From Bauldia litoralis (GTDB lineage: Bacteria > Pseudomonadota > Alphaproteobacteria > Rhizobiales > Kaistiaceae), in NCBI RefSeq assembly GCF_900104485.1, contig NZ_FMXQ01000004.1:355898-387897 (forward strand): a stretch of 32,000 bases of DNA, in the 5' to 3' direction. The notes under the pieces are model-generated. The model saw only the letters and a program-made list of their open reading frames with translations. It had not been told where the DNA came from and did no database searches. The position numbers and the translations under genes are program-made. Shown piece after piece: positions 13,050 to 22,637 of this stretch. How positions within the stretch are numbered: the stretch's first letter is position 1; every line of letters begins with the position of its first letter.

Positions 13050-16000
13050 ATGGCCACTCTTGTTCTTTCCGCGGCCGGGGCCGCTGTCGGCGGGTTGTTC
13101 GGGCCGGTGGGTGCGGCGCTGGGGCGCGCGGCAGGCGCCGCGGCCGGTTATGCGATCGACCAGTCGCTGTTCAGCGAGCGGCGGACGGTCGAGAGCGGCC
13201 GGCTGGGCGACCTCGACATCCAGACCTCGCGCGAGGGCGCGCCGATCCCGCGCGTCTACGGGCGCGTGCGGATCGCCGGCCAGGTGATCTGGGCGACGCG
13301 CTTCGAGGAGGAGGTGTCGAAGGAAACGCAGGGCGGCGGCAAGGGAGGGAGCTCGGGCGGCACCACCGTCAAGACCTACAGCTACTACGCCAACTTCGCT
13401 GTCGCTCTGTGCGAAGGCCGGATCGATCGCATCAACCGGGTCTGGGCCGACGGCCGGCCGTTCAACATGGTCGCTGCCGACTTCCGGATCCACAACGGCG
13501 GCGAGAACCAGGATCGCGACAGCCTGATCGAGGCGAAGCAGGGGGGCAGCGAGACGCCGGCCTATCGCGGCACCGCCTATATCGTCTTCGAGCGGCTGCC
13601 GCTGGAGGATTACGGCAACCGCATTCCGCTGCTCTCCTTCGAGGTGATCCGCGCCGTCGGGCAACTGGAGAAAGACGTGCGGGCGGTGACGATGATCCCC
13701 GGCGCGACGGAGTTCGGCTATTCGCCGACCTCGGTGAAGGAGATCAAGTCGCCGGGCCACAAGGTGCCGCTGACCCGCCACACAGATCGCCGCCATACCG
13801 ACTGGGACACGTCTCTCAGCGAGCTGAAGTCGCTCTGCCCCAACCTCGAAAGGGTGGGGCTGGTGGTGGCGTGGTTCGGCAACGACCTGCGCGCCAACCA
13901 CTGCACGATCAAGCCGGCGGTGACCAATCGCGACATCAAGACGACCGTCGACTGGAAGGCCGGCGGACTGACCCGGGCGACGGCGCGGCTGGTCAGCCAG
14001 TACCAGGGCAAGCCGGCCTATGGCGGAACGCCGAGCGACGCCTCGGTGATCGCCGCGATCCGCAACCTCGACAACAACGGCCTGAAGATCACCTTCATCC
14101 CCTTCGTGATGATGGACATCGCCGCAGGCAACGGGCTGACCGACCCCTATGGCGGCGCCGAACAGGGCGCCTATCCGTGGCGCGGCGTCATCACCGGGTC
14201 GCGGGCACCGGGCGTTGACGGCACGCCGGACCAGACGGCGACCGCCGCCGACCAGATCGACGCTTTCGTCGGCACCGCCAGTCCCGGCGACTTCGCCCTT
14301 GACGGCGACACGGTGGTCTATTCCGGCCCGGACGAGTGGTCTTTCCGCCGGCTGATCCTGCACAACGCCTGGCTCTGCAAGGCGGCCGGCGGCGTCGACG
14401 CTTTCCTGCTCGGCTCCGAATTGCGCGGCCTGACGACGCTGCGCTCGGGAACGTCGAGCTATCCCTTCGTCGAAGCGCTGGTCGATCTCGCCGCCGATGT
14501 CCGCGATGTTCTCGGGCCGTCGGTCAAGCTCTCCTACGGCGCCGACTGGACGGAGTATTTCGGCCACCAGCCGGCCGACGGTTCGGGCGACGTCCACTTC
14601 CATCTCGATCCGCTGTGGGCGAGCGACGACATCGATGCTGTCGCCATCGACAACTACATGCCGCTCGCCGACTGGCGCGACGGCAGCGACCATGCCGACG
14701 CGGCGATATGGGAGAACGGCCGGAGCGCCGATTATTTCCGCGCCAATGTCGCGGCCGGGGAGGGCTTCGACTGGTTCTATGCCAGCCCCGGCGACCGCGA
14801 CGCGCAGACCCGGACAGCGATCACCGACGGCGCCTATGGCAAGCCCTGGGTGTTCCGCTACAAGGACCTGAAGAGCTGGTGGCGCAACCAGCACCGCAAC
14901 CGGCCCGGCGGCGTCGAGGCGGGAAGCCCGACCGGCTGGGTGCCGGAGAGCAAGCCCTTCTGGTTCACCGAGCTCGGCTGCCCGGCGGTCGACAAGGGCG
15001 CCAACCAGCCGAACGTCTTTCTCGACCCGAAGTCGTCGGCGAGCGCCAGTCCCTGTTACTCGACCGGTGCGCGCGACGATCTCGTCCAGCGGCGCTTCCT
15101 CGAGGCGGCGCTGTCCTTCTTCGACCCGACCCACGCCGCCTATGCCGGCGACAGCAATCCGGTCTCGTCGGTCTATGGCGGCCGGATGGTCAAGGAGGGG
15201 ATGACCCACCTGTGGACCTGGGACGCGCGGCCTTACCCGGCGTTTCCCTACCTGACCGACGTGTGGTCCGACGGCGAGAACTGGACGCTGGGACACTGGC
15301 TGACCGGACGGCTCGGCTCGGCGCCGGCGGCCGACCTGGTGGCGAAGATCCTCGACGACTACGGGATCGACGACGTCGCCGTCGGCGAACTCGACGGGAT
15401 CGTCGATGGCTACCTGATCGACGGCCTGACCTCGGCGCGCGGGGCGCTCGAACCGCTGGCGTCGCTGCTGATGTTCGAGGCGCTGGAATCGACCGACGTC
15501 ATCCGCTTCGTCCGGCGCGCCCGCAAGGCGGTGGCGGCGTTCGGCGAGAGCGACCTGGCGGAAGATTCCGGGCAGCCGCTGGTGACGGTGCGGCGGGCGC
15601 AGGAGACCGAACTGCCGGCCGAGATCAGCGTCGGCTTCGACGACCCGCTGGCCGACTTCCGGTCCACCGCCGCAAGCGCCCGTCGCCTTGTCACCGGCAG
15701 CGGCCGGAGCCAGTCGCGGGCGACCGGCGTGGCGATGAGCCATGGCGTCGCCACCGGACTTGCCGAAGCCGCGCTCCAGGACCTGTGGGCCGGGCGCGAG
15801 ACCTACGGCCTGTCACTGACCGGCAAGACGCTGTCGCTCGAACCGGCCGATGTCTGCGACCTGACCGCCGATGGCGTCACCCGGACCCTGCTGGTCACCC
15901 GCATCGAGGACGGGCTGGTGCGGCGGATCGAGGCGCGCAGCATCGAACCGGCGCTGCTGTCGCCGCCGCCGGCCGGGCCGCGGGTGCTCCTGCCGCCGAC

Positions 16001-16955
16001 AGCGATGGTCGCCTCCGCGCCGGAGATGATGTTTCTCGACCTGCCGCTGCTCGGCGACGACGGGCCGGGCTACGCGCCACGGGTGGCGGCATTCGCCACG
16101 CCCTGGACCGGGCCGCTCGCCATCGCCATCGGCACCGCCGGGGCCGGGTTCGTCCCGCGTCAGGCGATCGAGCGGCGGGCGGCGATGGGCGAACTCACCA
16201 TGGCTCTGCCGGCCGGACCTGTCGGCCGCTGGGACCGGGCGAACACGATCGAGGTGACGCTCTACGGTGGCGCCCTGTCGGCGCTGCCCGAGGCGGCGGT
16301 GCTCAACGGCGGCAACGCGGCGGCGATCGGCACGTCGGAAACCGGCTTCGAGGTCGTGCAGTTCGAGACCGCGACGATGCTTGACGGGACGACGTGGCGG
16401 CTGGAGGGGCTGCTACGGGGGCAGGGGGGAACCGGCGATGTCGCGGCGGCGGGTCACGAGGTCGGCGCGCGCTTCGTGCTGCTCGACGGGGCCATCGAGA
16501 CGCTGGATCTCGGCGAAGCCGAATCCGGGCTCGGCCTGACCGCGCGCTGCGGGGCGGCGGGAGCGGTCTATGACCCGGACGATTTCGTCGACATCACGCT
16601 GACGCCGGCCCGGCGGGGGCTGGCCTGCCTGCCGCCGGTTCATCTCGACGCGGAGCGCGATCCCGCGACCGGCGACGTCGCCATCGGCTGGATCCGGCAG
16701 ACGCGGATCGGCGGCGACGCCTGGGAGCAGGTCGAGGTTCCGCTCGGCGAGACGAGTGAGGCCTACCGGGTCGAGATTCTCGACGCCGGCGTGCCGGTGC
16801 GGGCGATCGCGGTCGGTGCGCCGGAAGCCGCCTACAGCGCCGCCGAACAGGCGGCTGACTTCGGCGCGCCACCGGCGAGCCTCCACATTCGCGTCAGCCA
16901 GGTGAGCCCGACCGAGGGACCGGGCCGCGCCACCGAGGGTGTTTTCGATGTCTGA
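13050..16955 (+). CDS. GTA host-specificity / baseplate 'megatron' protein (RcGTA g15-like)
   Basis: ATG 13050 gives MATLVLSAAGAAVGGLFGP.... The 1301-aa product has an N-terminal Gly/Ala-rich hydrophobic segment, a TIM-barrel-like glycoside-hydrolase-type middle region and a phage-tail C-terminal part. It is in the canonical last position of the GTA structural cluster. Track start 12960 only adds repeat-derived sequence. Confidence 0.9.
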   Translation: MATLVLSAAGAAVGGLFGPVGAALGRAAGAAAGYAIDQSLFSERRTVESGRLGDLDIQTSREGAPIPRVYGRVRIAGQVIWATRFEEEVSKETQGGGKGGSSGGTTVKTYSYYANFAVALCEGRIDRINRVWADGRPFNMVAADFRIHNGGENQDRDSLIEAKQGGSETPAYRGTAYIVFERLPLEDYGNRIPLLSFEVIRAVGQLEKDVRAVTMIPGATEFGYSPTSVKEIKSPGHKVPLTRHTDRRHTDWDTSLSELKSLCPNLERVGLVVAWFGNDLRANHCTIKPAVTNRDIKTTVDWKAGGLTRATARLVSQYQGKPAYGGTPSDASVIAAIRNLDNNGLKITFIPFVMMDIAAGNGLTDPYGGAEQGAYPWRGVITGSRAPGVDGTPDQTATAADQIDAFVGTASPGDFALDGDTVVYSGPDEWSFRRLILHNAWLCKAAGGVDAFLLGSELRGLTTLRSGTSSYPFVEALVDLAADVRDVLGPSVKLSYGADWTEYFGHQPADGSGDVHFHLDPLWASDDIDAVAIDNYMPLADWRDGSDHADAAIWENGRSADYFRANVAAGEGFDWFYASPGDRDAQTRTAITDGAYGKPWVFRYKDLKSWWRNQHRNRPGGVEAGSPTGWVPESKPFWFTELGCPAVDKGANQPNVFLDPKSSASASPCYSTGARDDLVQRRFLEAALSFFDPTHAAYAGDSNPVSSVYGGRMVKEGMTHLWTWDARPYPAFPYLTDVWSDGENWTLGHWLTGRLGSAPAADLVAKILDDYGIDDVAVGELDGIVDGYLIDGLTSARGALEPLASLLMFEALESTDVIRFVRRARKAVAAFGESDLAEDSGQPLVTVRRAQETELPAEISVGFDDPLADFRSTAASARRLVTGSGRSQSRATGVAMSHGVATGLAEAALQDLWAGRETYGLSLTGKTLSLEPADVCDLTADGVTRTLLVTRIEDGLVRRIEARSIEPALLSPPPAGPRVLLPPTAMVASAPEMMFLDLPLLGDDGPGYAPRVAAFATPWTGPLAIAIGTAGAGFVPRQAIERRAAMGELTMALPAGPVGRWDRANTIEVTLYGGALSALPEAAVLNGGNAAAIGTSETGFEVVQFETATMLDGTTWRLEGLLRGQGGTGDVAAAGHEVGARFVLLDGAIETLDLGEAESGLGLTARCGAAGAVYDPDDFVDITLTPARRGLACLPPVHLDAERDPATGDVAIGWIRQTRIGGDAWEQVEVPLGETSEAYRVEILDAGVPVRAIAVGAPEAAYSAAEQAADFGAPPASLHIRVSQVSPTEGPGRATEGVFDV

Positions 16956-18474
16956 TCCACTTGCCACCAATCTTCTCGGCCTGCCCTATCTGGCGGCAGC
17001 CCAGGCGCAGAAGCACGTCACCCATAACGAGGCGCTGCGCAGCCTCGACGCGCTGGTGCAACTGGCCGTCGCCGACGCGACGCTCACCGATCCCCCGGGA
17101 TCGCCAGCCGAAGGGGACCGCTACATCGTGGCGACGGCGGCGACCGGGGCATGGGCCGGGCACGCAAGCGACATCGCCGCCTATGTTGACGGGGCCTGGG
17201 CGTTCTTCACGCCGCTGGCCGGCTGGCTCGCCTTCGATGCCGGCAGCAGTTCGGTGCTCGTCTTTGACGGCAGCGGCTGGGAGTCGGTCGGCGAGTTTCT
17301 CGGCGTCATCGAACAACTCGGCATCAACGCGGTCGCCGACGCCACCAACCGGCTCGCGGTCGGCTCCAACGCGGTGCTGTTCGCCGGCATCGAGGCGGCC
17401 GACGGCGGCACCGGCGACATCCGCTTCGTCGTCAACAAGGAGACGGATGGCGATACGGCGTCGCTGCTCTTCCAGAGCGGCTTTTCGGGCCGGGCGGAGG
17501 TCGGGCTGGCCGGCGATACCGACCTGGTCTTCAAGGTGTCGCCAAACGGCGCCGACTGGGTCGAGTCGATCCGCATTGACAAGGATACCGGCCTGCCGGC
17601 GATCCTCTACGATAACGCGGTCTCGGGCCTGACCGCCGATACGGTCCAGGACGCCATCGACGAAGTGGAGGCCGGCAAGCAGGCGGCGCTCGGCTTCGCG
17701 CCCCGCGAGGTGCTGGCCGCCAACCGGACCTATTACGTCCGCACCGATGGCAGCGACGGGAATAACGGGCTGACCGACAATTCGGGCGGCGCCTTCGCCT
17801 CGATTTCCAAGGCGGTCGCGGTCGTCTCCGCGCTCGACCTGTCAATCTACAGCGTGACCATCCAGGTTCGTGACGGCACCTATTCGGAAGGGGTGATCAC
17901 GCTCGGGCAACTGATCGGCTCGGGGACGGTGACGATCCGCGGCAACACCGCGACGCCCGCGAATGTCACTCTCAACCCGACGAGCAGTTATGCCTTCCTG
18001 GTCCTTGCCAACGGCTGGACCGTCGACAGCGTCCGGTTCCACAAGGCGAGCGGGACGGCGATCAGCGCCTTCCGCGGCTATGCCTGCTACGCCACCGTCG
18101 CCAACTGCCATTTCGGCGCCGGCTTCACCTACGCGCATCTGCTGGTCGACGCGCTGTCCTATTTCCTGCTCTCCGGCGCGATCGTGGTCAGCGGATCGTG
18201 TCCACGCTTTGCGAATGTCAGCCTGAACGGACTCCTCAGCAAGGTCAGTTCGGCCACCGTCACCATGTCCGGGTCGCCGGCCTTTTCGGTCGCCTTCGTC
18301 GTGGCGACAACCGGCGGCATCGTCTCCCTTGGCGGGGCGGCCACGGTGACGGGGGCGGCGACCGGCAAGCGCTACGACGCGTCGCTCAACGCCGTCATCA
18401 CCTATTCGAGCGGCGTCGCCAGCCTGCCGGGCGATGTCGCCGGCAGCACCACGACGGGCGGCCAGGCCGCCTGA
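16948..18474 (+). CDS. DUF2793 protein with a beta-helix-like C-terminal half (tail fibre / receptor-binding candidate)
   Basis: ATG 16948 overlaps the g15 stop by 8 nt. The N-terminus has NLLGLPYLAAAQAQKHVTHNEALR.LDALV and GDRYIV...ATGAWAGH...IA.Y.DGAW.F, which is DUF2793. The C-terminus has RTYYVRTDGSDGNNG and repeated short beta-strand-like segments. Confidence 0.8.
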   Translation: MSDPLATNLLGLPYLAAAQAQKHVTHNEALRSLDALVQLAVADATLTDPPGSPAEGDRYIVATAATGAWAGHASDIAAYVDGAWAFFTPLAGWLAFDAGSSSVLVFDGSGWESVGEFLGVIEQLGINAVADATNRLAVGSNAVLFAGIEAADGGTGDIRFVVNKETDGDTASLLFQSGFSGRAEVGLAGDTDLVFKVSPNGADWVESIRIDKDTGLPAILYDNAVSGLTADTVQDAIDEVEAGKQAALGFAPREVLAANRTYYVRTDGSDGNNGLTDNSGGAFASISKAVAVVSALDLSIYSVTIQVRDGTYSEGVITLGQLIGSGTVTIRGNTATPANVTLNPTSSYAFLVLANGWTVDSVRFHKASGTAISAFRGYACYATVANCHFGAGFTYAHLLVDALSYFLLSGAIVVSGSCPRFANVSLNGLLSKVSSATVTMSGSPAFSVAFVVATTGGIVSLGGAATVTGAATGKRYDASLNAVITYSSGVASLPGDVAGSTTTGGQAA

Positions 18475-18516
18475 TCCTCCGGGCAGATCCACCGATCCAT
18501 GAAGGAAGACCTCGCC

Positions 18517-19362
18517 ATGCGTGTGAGCGACAAGGGGCTGGCGTTCATCGCCGACCATGAAGGCGTCGTGACCCGGGCCTACCGCGACGTGGCCGGCGTC
18601 TGGACCATCGGCGTCGGTCATACGGCGGCGGCCGGGGCGCCGAAGCCACGGGCCGGAATGACGATCACCCGGGCCGAAGCCTTCGCCATCCTAGCGCGCG
18701 ACCTGCCGCGCTACGAGCGTCGGGTCGCCGCAGCACTCGCCGCCATCGGCCAGCGGGCATTCGACGGCGCTGTCTCCTTCGACTTCAACACCGGCGCGGT
18801 GCATCGCGCCTCCTGGGTCAAGGCCTATCGCGCCGGCAACCTGACGGCGGCCCGGCTCGGCCTGATGAAATGGGTCAAGGCCGGCGGCCGGACGGTGCGC
18901 GGGCTGGTCCGGCGGCGGGAGGCCGAGGCGCGGCTGATCTTCGACGGAGACTACGGGCATGCCACGGTCACGGCGGAGCCGCGCGCCGACGTCACGACCT
19001 ACCAGGCGCAACTGGCGACACTCGGTTTCCCGGTCGGCACGCTCGACGGCATTGCCGGTCCGGCGACCAGGGCCGCCGTGCTGGCCTACCAGCGCACACA
19101 TGACGACCTGGTCGACGATGGCATCGCCGGCCCGGCGACACGCGCCAGCCTTGCCCGCGACATTGCCGCCCGCAAGCGCGTCGCCGAAATCGGCGCGGGA
19201 TCACTCGCGGTGGGGGGAACGGCCGGGATCGCGGCGGGCAGCGATCCGCTGCTGGTCGGCGTAGCGGTCGGGCTCGTCGTTCTTCTTCTCGCCAGCGGTT
19301 TCTTCGCCTGGCGCTACCGCGGCGAGCTGCGCCGTTTTCTTCGCACCATCAGAGGAGTGTGA
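18517..19362 (+). CDS. GH24 lysozyme with a peptidoglycan-binding repeat and a C-terminal TM anchor (endolysin)
   Basis: An E-8aa-D-5aa-T catalytic motif lies in ADHEGVVTRAYRDVAGVWTIGVGHT. PG_binding_1-like LDGIAGPATRAAVLAYQ and DDGIAGPATRASL are present. The C-terminal hydrophobic helix is LLVGVAVGLVVLLLASGFFAW. ATG 18517 follows AAGGAAG; ATG 18499 is the alternative start. Confidence 0.85.
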   Translation: MRVSDKGLAFIADHEGVVTRAYRDVAGVWTIGVGHTAAAGAPKPRAGMTITRAEAFAILARDLPRYERRVAAALAAIGQRAFDGAVSFDFNTGAVHRASWVKAYRAGNLTAARLGLMKWVKAGGRTVRGLVRRREAEARLIFDGDYGHATVTAEPRADVTTYQAQLATLGFPVGTLDGIAGPATRAAVLAYQRTHDDLVDDGIAGPATRASLARDIAARKRVAEIGAGSLAVGGTAGIAAGSDPLLVGVAVGLVVLLLASGFFAWRYRGELRRFLRTIRGV

Positions 19363-19363
19363 C

Positions 19364-19573
19364 ATGCTGGTCCGGATCGTCAGGGCCTTGCGCCCGTTGA
19401 AAGGCTGGAAGACGATGGGTGTGTCGGCGGCGATCGCCGTCGCCGGCGTCTTGCAATCGGCCGACTGGGCGACCATCGTACCGGAAGCCGATATCGGGCC
19501 GACCTTGCTGGCGATCGGCGTCGTGGTTGCCGTGCTGCGGGTGTTGACGGATACGCCGCTCGGCCGCAAGTGA
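19364..19573 (+). CDS. Small two-TM membrane protein, holin-like
   Basis: 69 aa, starting 1 nt after the lysozyme stop. It has two hydrophobic segments (VSAAIAVAGVL and PTLLAIGVVVAVL). The call rests on position only. Confidence 0.45.
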   Translation: MLVRIVRALRPLKGWKTMGVSAAIAVAGVLQSADWATIVPEADIGPTLLAIGVVVAVLRVLTDTPLGRK

Positions 19574-19648
19574 CTGGCGGCTGCGGTCTCCGGTCTGGCG
19601 CTTCGGTGTTCAGCGGGTATTCATGTTGGAGCTGGTATCCGGGGATCC

Positions 19649-19969
19649 ATGATCAGGAAATCGCTGCCCGCCCTCTTGCTTGGAATGACCCTGCTTCTCG
19701 CCGGCGCCACCGCGCCGGTCGACGAGGCGGAGGCTGCCAACTGCCTGTCGGACCGCGACGCGCGCTCGGCCGTGCAGTCGGGGCAGGCGGTTTCGCTGTC
19801 GAAGATGATCAAGCGCATCCAGTCGACGACGGGCGGCGAGATCGTGCCGCCGCCGAAGCTCTGCAAGCAGGGCGGTCAGCTCGTCTATATCGTCAACGTG
19901 CTGTCGCCCGACGGCAAGGTGACGAAGGTTACGGTCGACGCCGCAAGCGGTAGTATCCTCGGCTACTAG
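19649..19969 (+). CDS. Secreted PepSY-domain protein
   Basis: Signal peptide MIRKSLPALLLGMTLLLAGATA. A C-terminal Y.V.VL..DGKV.KV.VDA.SG.I pattern is PepSY-like. It sits upstream of a two-component pair, as is common. Confidence 0.7.
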   Translation: MIRKSLPALLLGMTLLLAGATAPVDEAEAANCLSDRDARSAVQSGQAVSLSKMIKRIQSTTGGEIVPPPKLCKQGGQLVYIVNVLSPDGKVTKVTVDAASGSILGY

Positions 19970-19990
19970 CCAGATTCGAAGGAAACGGCG

Positions 19991-20662
19991 ATGCGGGTCC
20001 TGATCGTTGAGGATGATGCCGATCTCAACCGGCAGCTTGCGACGGCGCTGAAGGAGGCCGGCTACGCGGTCGACACCGCCGCCGATGGCGAGGAAGGCCA
20101 CTTCCTCGGCGATACCGAGCCCTATGACGCCGTCGTCCTCGACATCGGCCTGCCGCAGCTCGACGGGATCAGCGTGCTTGAGCAGTGGCGGCGTTCGGGC
20201 CGGACCATGCCGGTGCTGCTGCTCACTGCCCGCGACCGCTGGAGCGACAAGGTCCAGGGCATCGACGCCGGCGCCGACGACTATGTCGCCAAGCCGTTCC
20301 ATATCGAGGAAGTGCTGGCCCGGGTCCGCGCGCTGGTGCGTCGGGCGGCCGGCCACGCCTCGAACGAGATCGAATGCGGCCCGGTGCGCCTCGACGCCAA
20401 GTCGGGGCGGGTGACGGTCGATGGCAACCCGGTCAAGCTGACCTCGCACGAATACAAGGTGCTGGAATACCTGATGCTTCATCGCGAGCGCGTGGTATCG
20501 CGCACCGAGTTGATCGAGCATCTCTATGATCAGGATTTCGACCGCGATTCCAACACCATCGAGGTCTTCGTCGGCCGGCTGCGCAAGAAGGTGGCGACCG
20601 ACCTGATCGAGACGGTGCGCGGTCTCGGCTACCGGATCGTCGCGCCGGGCGATGCGCCGTAA
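19991..20662 (+). CDS. OmpR/PhoB-family response regulator
   Basis: Receiver domain (MRVLIVEDD, DAVVLDIGLPQLDG, DDYVAKPF) plus a winged-helix C-terminus (LT..EY.VLEYL, IEVFVGRLRKK, RGLGYRI). Confidence 0.92.
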   Translation: MRVLIVEDDADLNRQLATALKEAGYAVDTAADGEEGHFLGDTEPYDAVVLDIGLPQLDGISVLEQWRRSGRTMPVLLLTARDRWSDKVQGIDAGADDYVAKPFHIEEVLARVRALVRRAAGHASNEIECGPVRLDAKSGRVTVDGNPVKLTSHEYKVLEYLMLHRERVVSRTELIEHLYDQDFDRDSNTIEVFVGRLRKKVATDLIETVRGLGYRIVAPGDAP

Positions 20663-22016
20663 CTCCCTTTCCTTCCGCCTCATCGCCGCGGCCACGCTGT
20701 GGAGTGTCGTGGCGCTCGTCGTCGCCGGGCTGATCCTCACCTCGCTCTACAAGCAGACGGTCGAGCAGGCCTTCGACGAGCGGCTGAGCGTCTACCTGCG
20801 AACGCTGGTCGGTAACCTCGCCTCCCAGGAAACCGACGAACTCGCCGATCCGGGCAACCTCGGCGAGCCGCGGTTCGAACTGACCTATTCGGGCTGGTAC
20901 TGGCAGGTGCGCGGGGCCGACGGCGGCCCGGTCGTGCTGGCGTCCAAGTCGCTCTTTACCGACATTCTCGATCTCAAGAAGGCGCGCGACCGGCGCGACG
21001 TCAACGGCATGACCGCCGGGGCGCTGGTCGGGCCGGACAACCAGGCGCTGCGCGTCCTCAGCCTCACCGTCGCGCTCGGCGACGACCGACGCTACGACGT
21101 GCTGGTCGCCGGCGACGCCGGCGAGACCGCCGAACAGATCCAGTCCTTCCGCTGGAGCGTCTTCCTGACGCTGTCGGTCTTCGGACTCGGCCTGATCCTG
21201 GCGACGACGGCGCAGACCCGCTGGGGCCTGCGGCCGCTCGACAAGGTGCGCAGCGCGCTCGCGGCGCTGCGCAGCGGCAAGGAGGCGCGGTTCGAAGGGC
21301 CATTTCCTGCTGAAATCGAACCCTTGGCCAAGGAACTGAACGCGCTGCTCGAATCGAACCAGCAGATCATCGAGCGCGCCCGCACCCAGGTCGGCAACCT
21401 TGCCCATGCCCTTAAGACGCCGCTCAGCGTCATCACCAACGAGGCACGGGCAGGGTCTGGGCCGCTGGCCGAGAAGGTCGCCGAGCAGGCCGAAATCATG
21501 CGCATGCAGGTCAACCACTATCTCGACCGGGCGCAGATCGCCGCGCGGTCCAAGGTGATCGGCGTCGTCACCGACGTCTTGCCCGCCGTCAACAGCCTCG
21601 CCCGGGCGATGCGCCGCATCCACGAGGATCGCGGCCTGGAGATCACCGTCTCGGTGCCCGAGGCGGCACGGTTTCTCGGCGAGAAGCAGGATCTCGAGGA
21701 GATCGCCGGAAACCTGGTCGACAATGCCTGTAAATGGGCGAAATCCCAGGTCGTCATCACGGCTGAGTACCAACCGCCGAAGGACGCGGAACGGGGCGAG
21801 CTCAAGCTTCTGATCGACGACGACGGTCCCGGCCTGACGGCCGAGCAGCGCGAGCAGGCGACCCGACGCGGCCGCCGGCTCGACGAGACCAAGCCGGGTT
21901 CGGGCCTCGGCCTGTCGATCGTCACCGAACTCGTCCAGCTTTATGATGGCCGCCTTGAACTTGACCGTGCGCCACAGGGTGGGTTGCGGGTCGTCGTCAT
22001 TCTGCCGGCCGCATGA
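20652..22016 (+). CDS. Sensor histidine kinase
   Basis: Two TM segments. The H-box is GNLAHALKTPLSVI, the N-box LVDNACKWA, and the G-boxes DDDGPGL and GSGLGLSIV. It overlaps the regulator gene by 11 nt. Confidence 0.9.
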   Translation: MRRNSLSFRLIAAATLWSVVALVVAGLILTSLYKQTVEQAFDERLSVYLRTLVGNLASQETDELADPGNLGEPRFELTYSGWYWQVRGADGGPVVLASKSLFTDILDLKKARDRRDVNGMTAGALVGPDNQALRVLSLTVALGDDRRYDVLVAGDAGETAEQIQSFRWSVFLTLSVFGLGLILATTAQTRWGLRPLDKVRSALAALRSGKEARFEGPFPAEIEPLAKELNALLESNQQIIERARTQVGNLAHALKTPLSVITNEARAGSGPLAEKVAEQAEIMRMQVNHYLDRAQIAARSKVIGVVTDVLPAVNSLARAMRRIHEDRGLEITVSVPEAARFLGEKQDLEEIAGNLVDNACKWAKSQVVITAEYQPPKDAERGELKLLIDDDGPGLTAEQREQATRRGRRLDETKPGSGLGLSIVTELVQLYDGRLELDRAPQGGLRVVVILPAA

Positions 22017-22101
22017 CCCGAAAATCTCATTTCCGCCATCGTGACATGGAATGTCGGACGTCCTAAAGATGGACGCAGTTGAGTATCCGGAGGCGACGCG
22101 C

Positions 22102-22512
22102 ATGGCGCGAGTGACGGGGTTTGCATTGGCAGTATTGGGCGCGCTGGCGCTCGCGGGCTGCAGCCAGACGACTGGTACGTCGGTGGCGCTGGCGGTGACG
22201 GGCGATCCCGCCATTGGCGGCAATCCCGTCGAAGACGCCGCAAGCGCGGCGATCCTCCCGACCCTCGACAAGGCGGCCCAACGCAGGGCCCGCGAGGCGG
22301 AAACCCGGGCGCTCGAGCATGGCCGCACCGGAACCCCGGTTCTTTGGCGAAGCGGGCGGACCCGTGGCGAGGTCGTCCCCGGCCCGCAATATCAGGTCAA
22401 CGCCTATACCTGCCGCGACCTGACCCAGACCATCTACGCCGACGGACCGCCGCGCAGCACCCGCACGACCTCTTGCCGCCAGCCGAACGGATCGTGGCAG
22501 CCGGTCACCTGA
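22102..22512 (+). CDS. Lipoprotein, 17-kDa surface-antigen-like (RT0821/Lpp0805-type)
   Basis: ATG 22102 follows GGAGG. Lipobox LALAGC. Two Cys-containing motifs (YTCRDL and SCRQPNGSWQPV) are typical of this family. Confidence 0.7.
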   Translation: MARVTGFALAVLGALALAGCSQTTGTSVALAVTGDPAIGGNPVEDAASAAILPTLDKAAQRRAREAETRALEHGRTGTPVLWRSGRTRGEVVPGPQYQVNAYTCRDLTQTIYADGPPRSTRTTSCRQPNGSWQPVT

Positions 22513-22637
22513 ACCTGTCGCGCCGATCCGCCGGGCCCCGGAGCCGGGGCTGCGGGAGCGGGGGGCGTGACGCGGCGTCGCGGCCTGCGAACGCAATTGT
22601 GAACCCCGTCCCCCTGGAAATGCACTAGACGAGCAGG

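Noticed and set aside
1-19573. Interpretation as an intact inducible prophage.
   Set aside because: The window has no integrase, repressor, replication or terminase genes. The short 183-aa tape measure, the DUF2460/DUF2163/NlpC-P60/megatron series and the DUF2793 gene form the GTA-type layout. Terminase genes may lie upstream of the window, so a defective prophage cannot be fully excluded.
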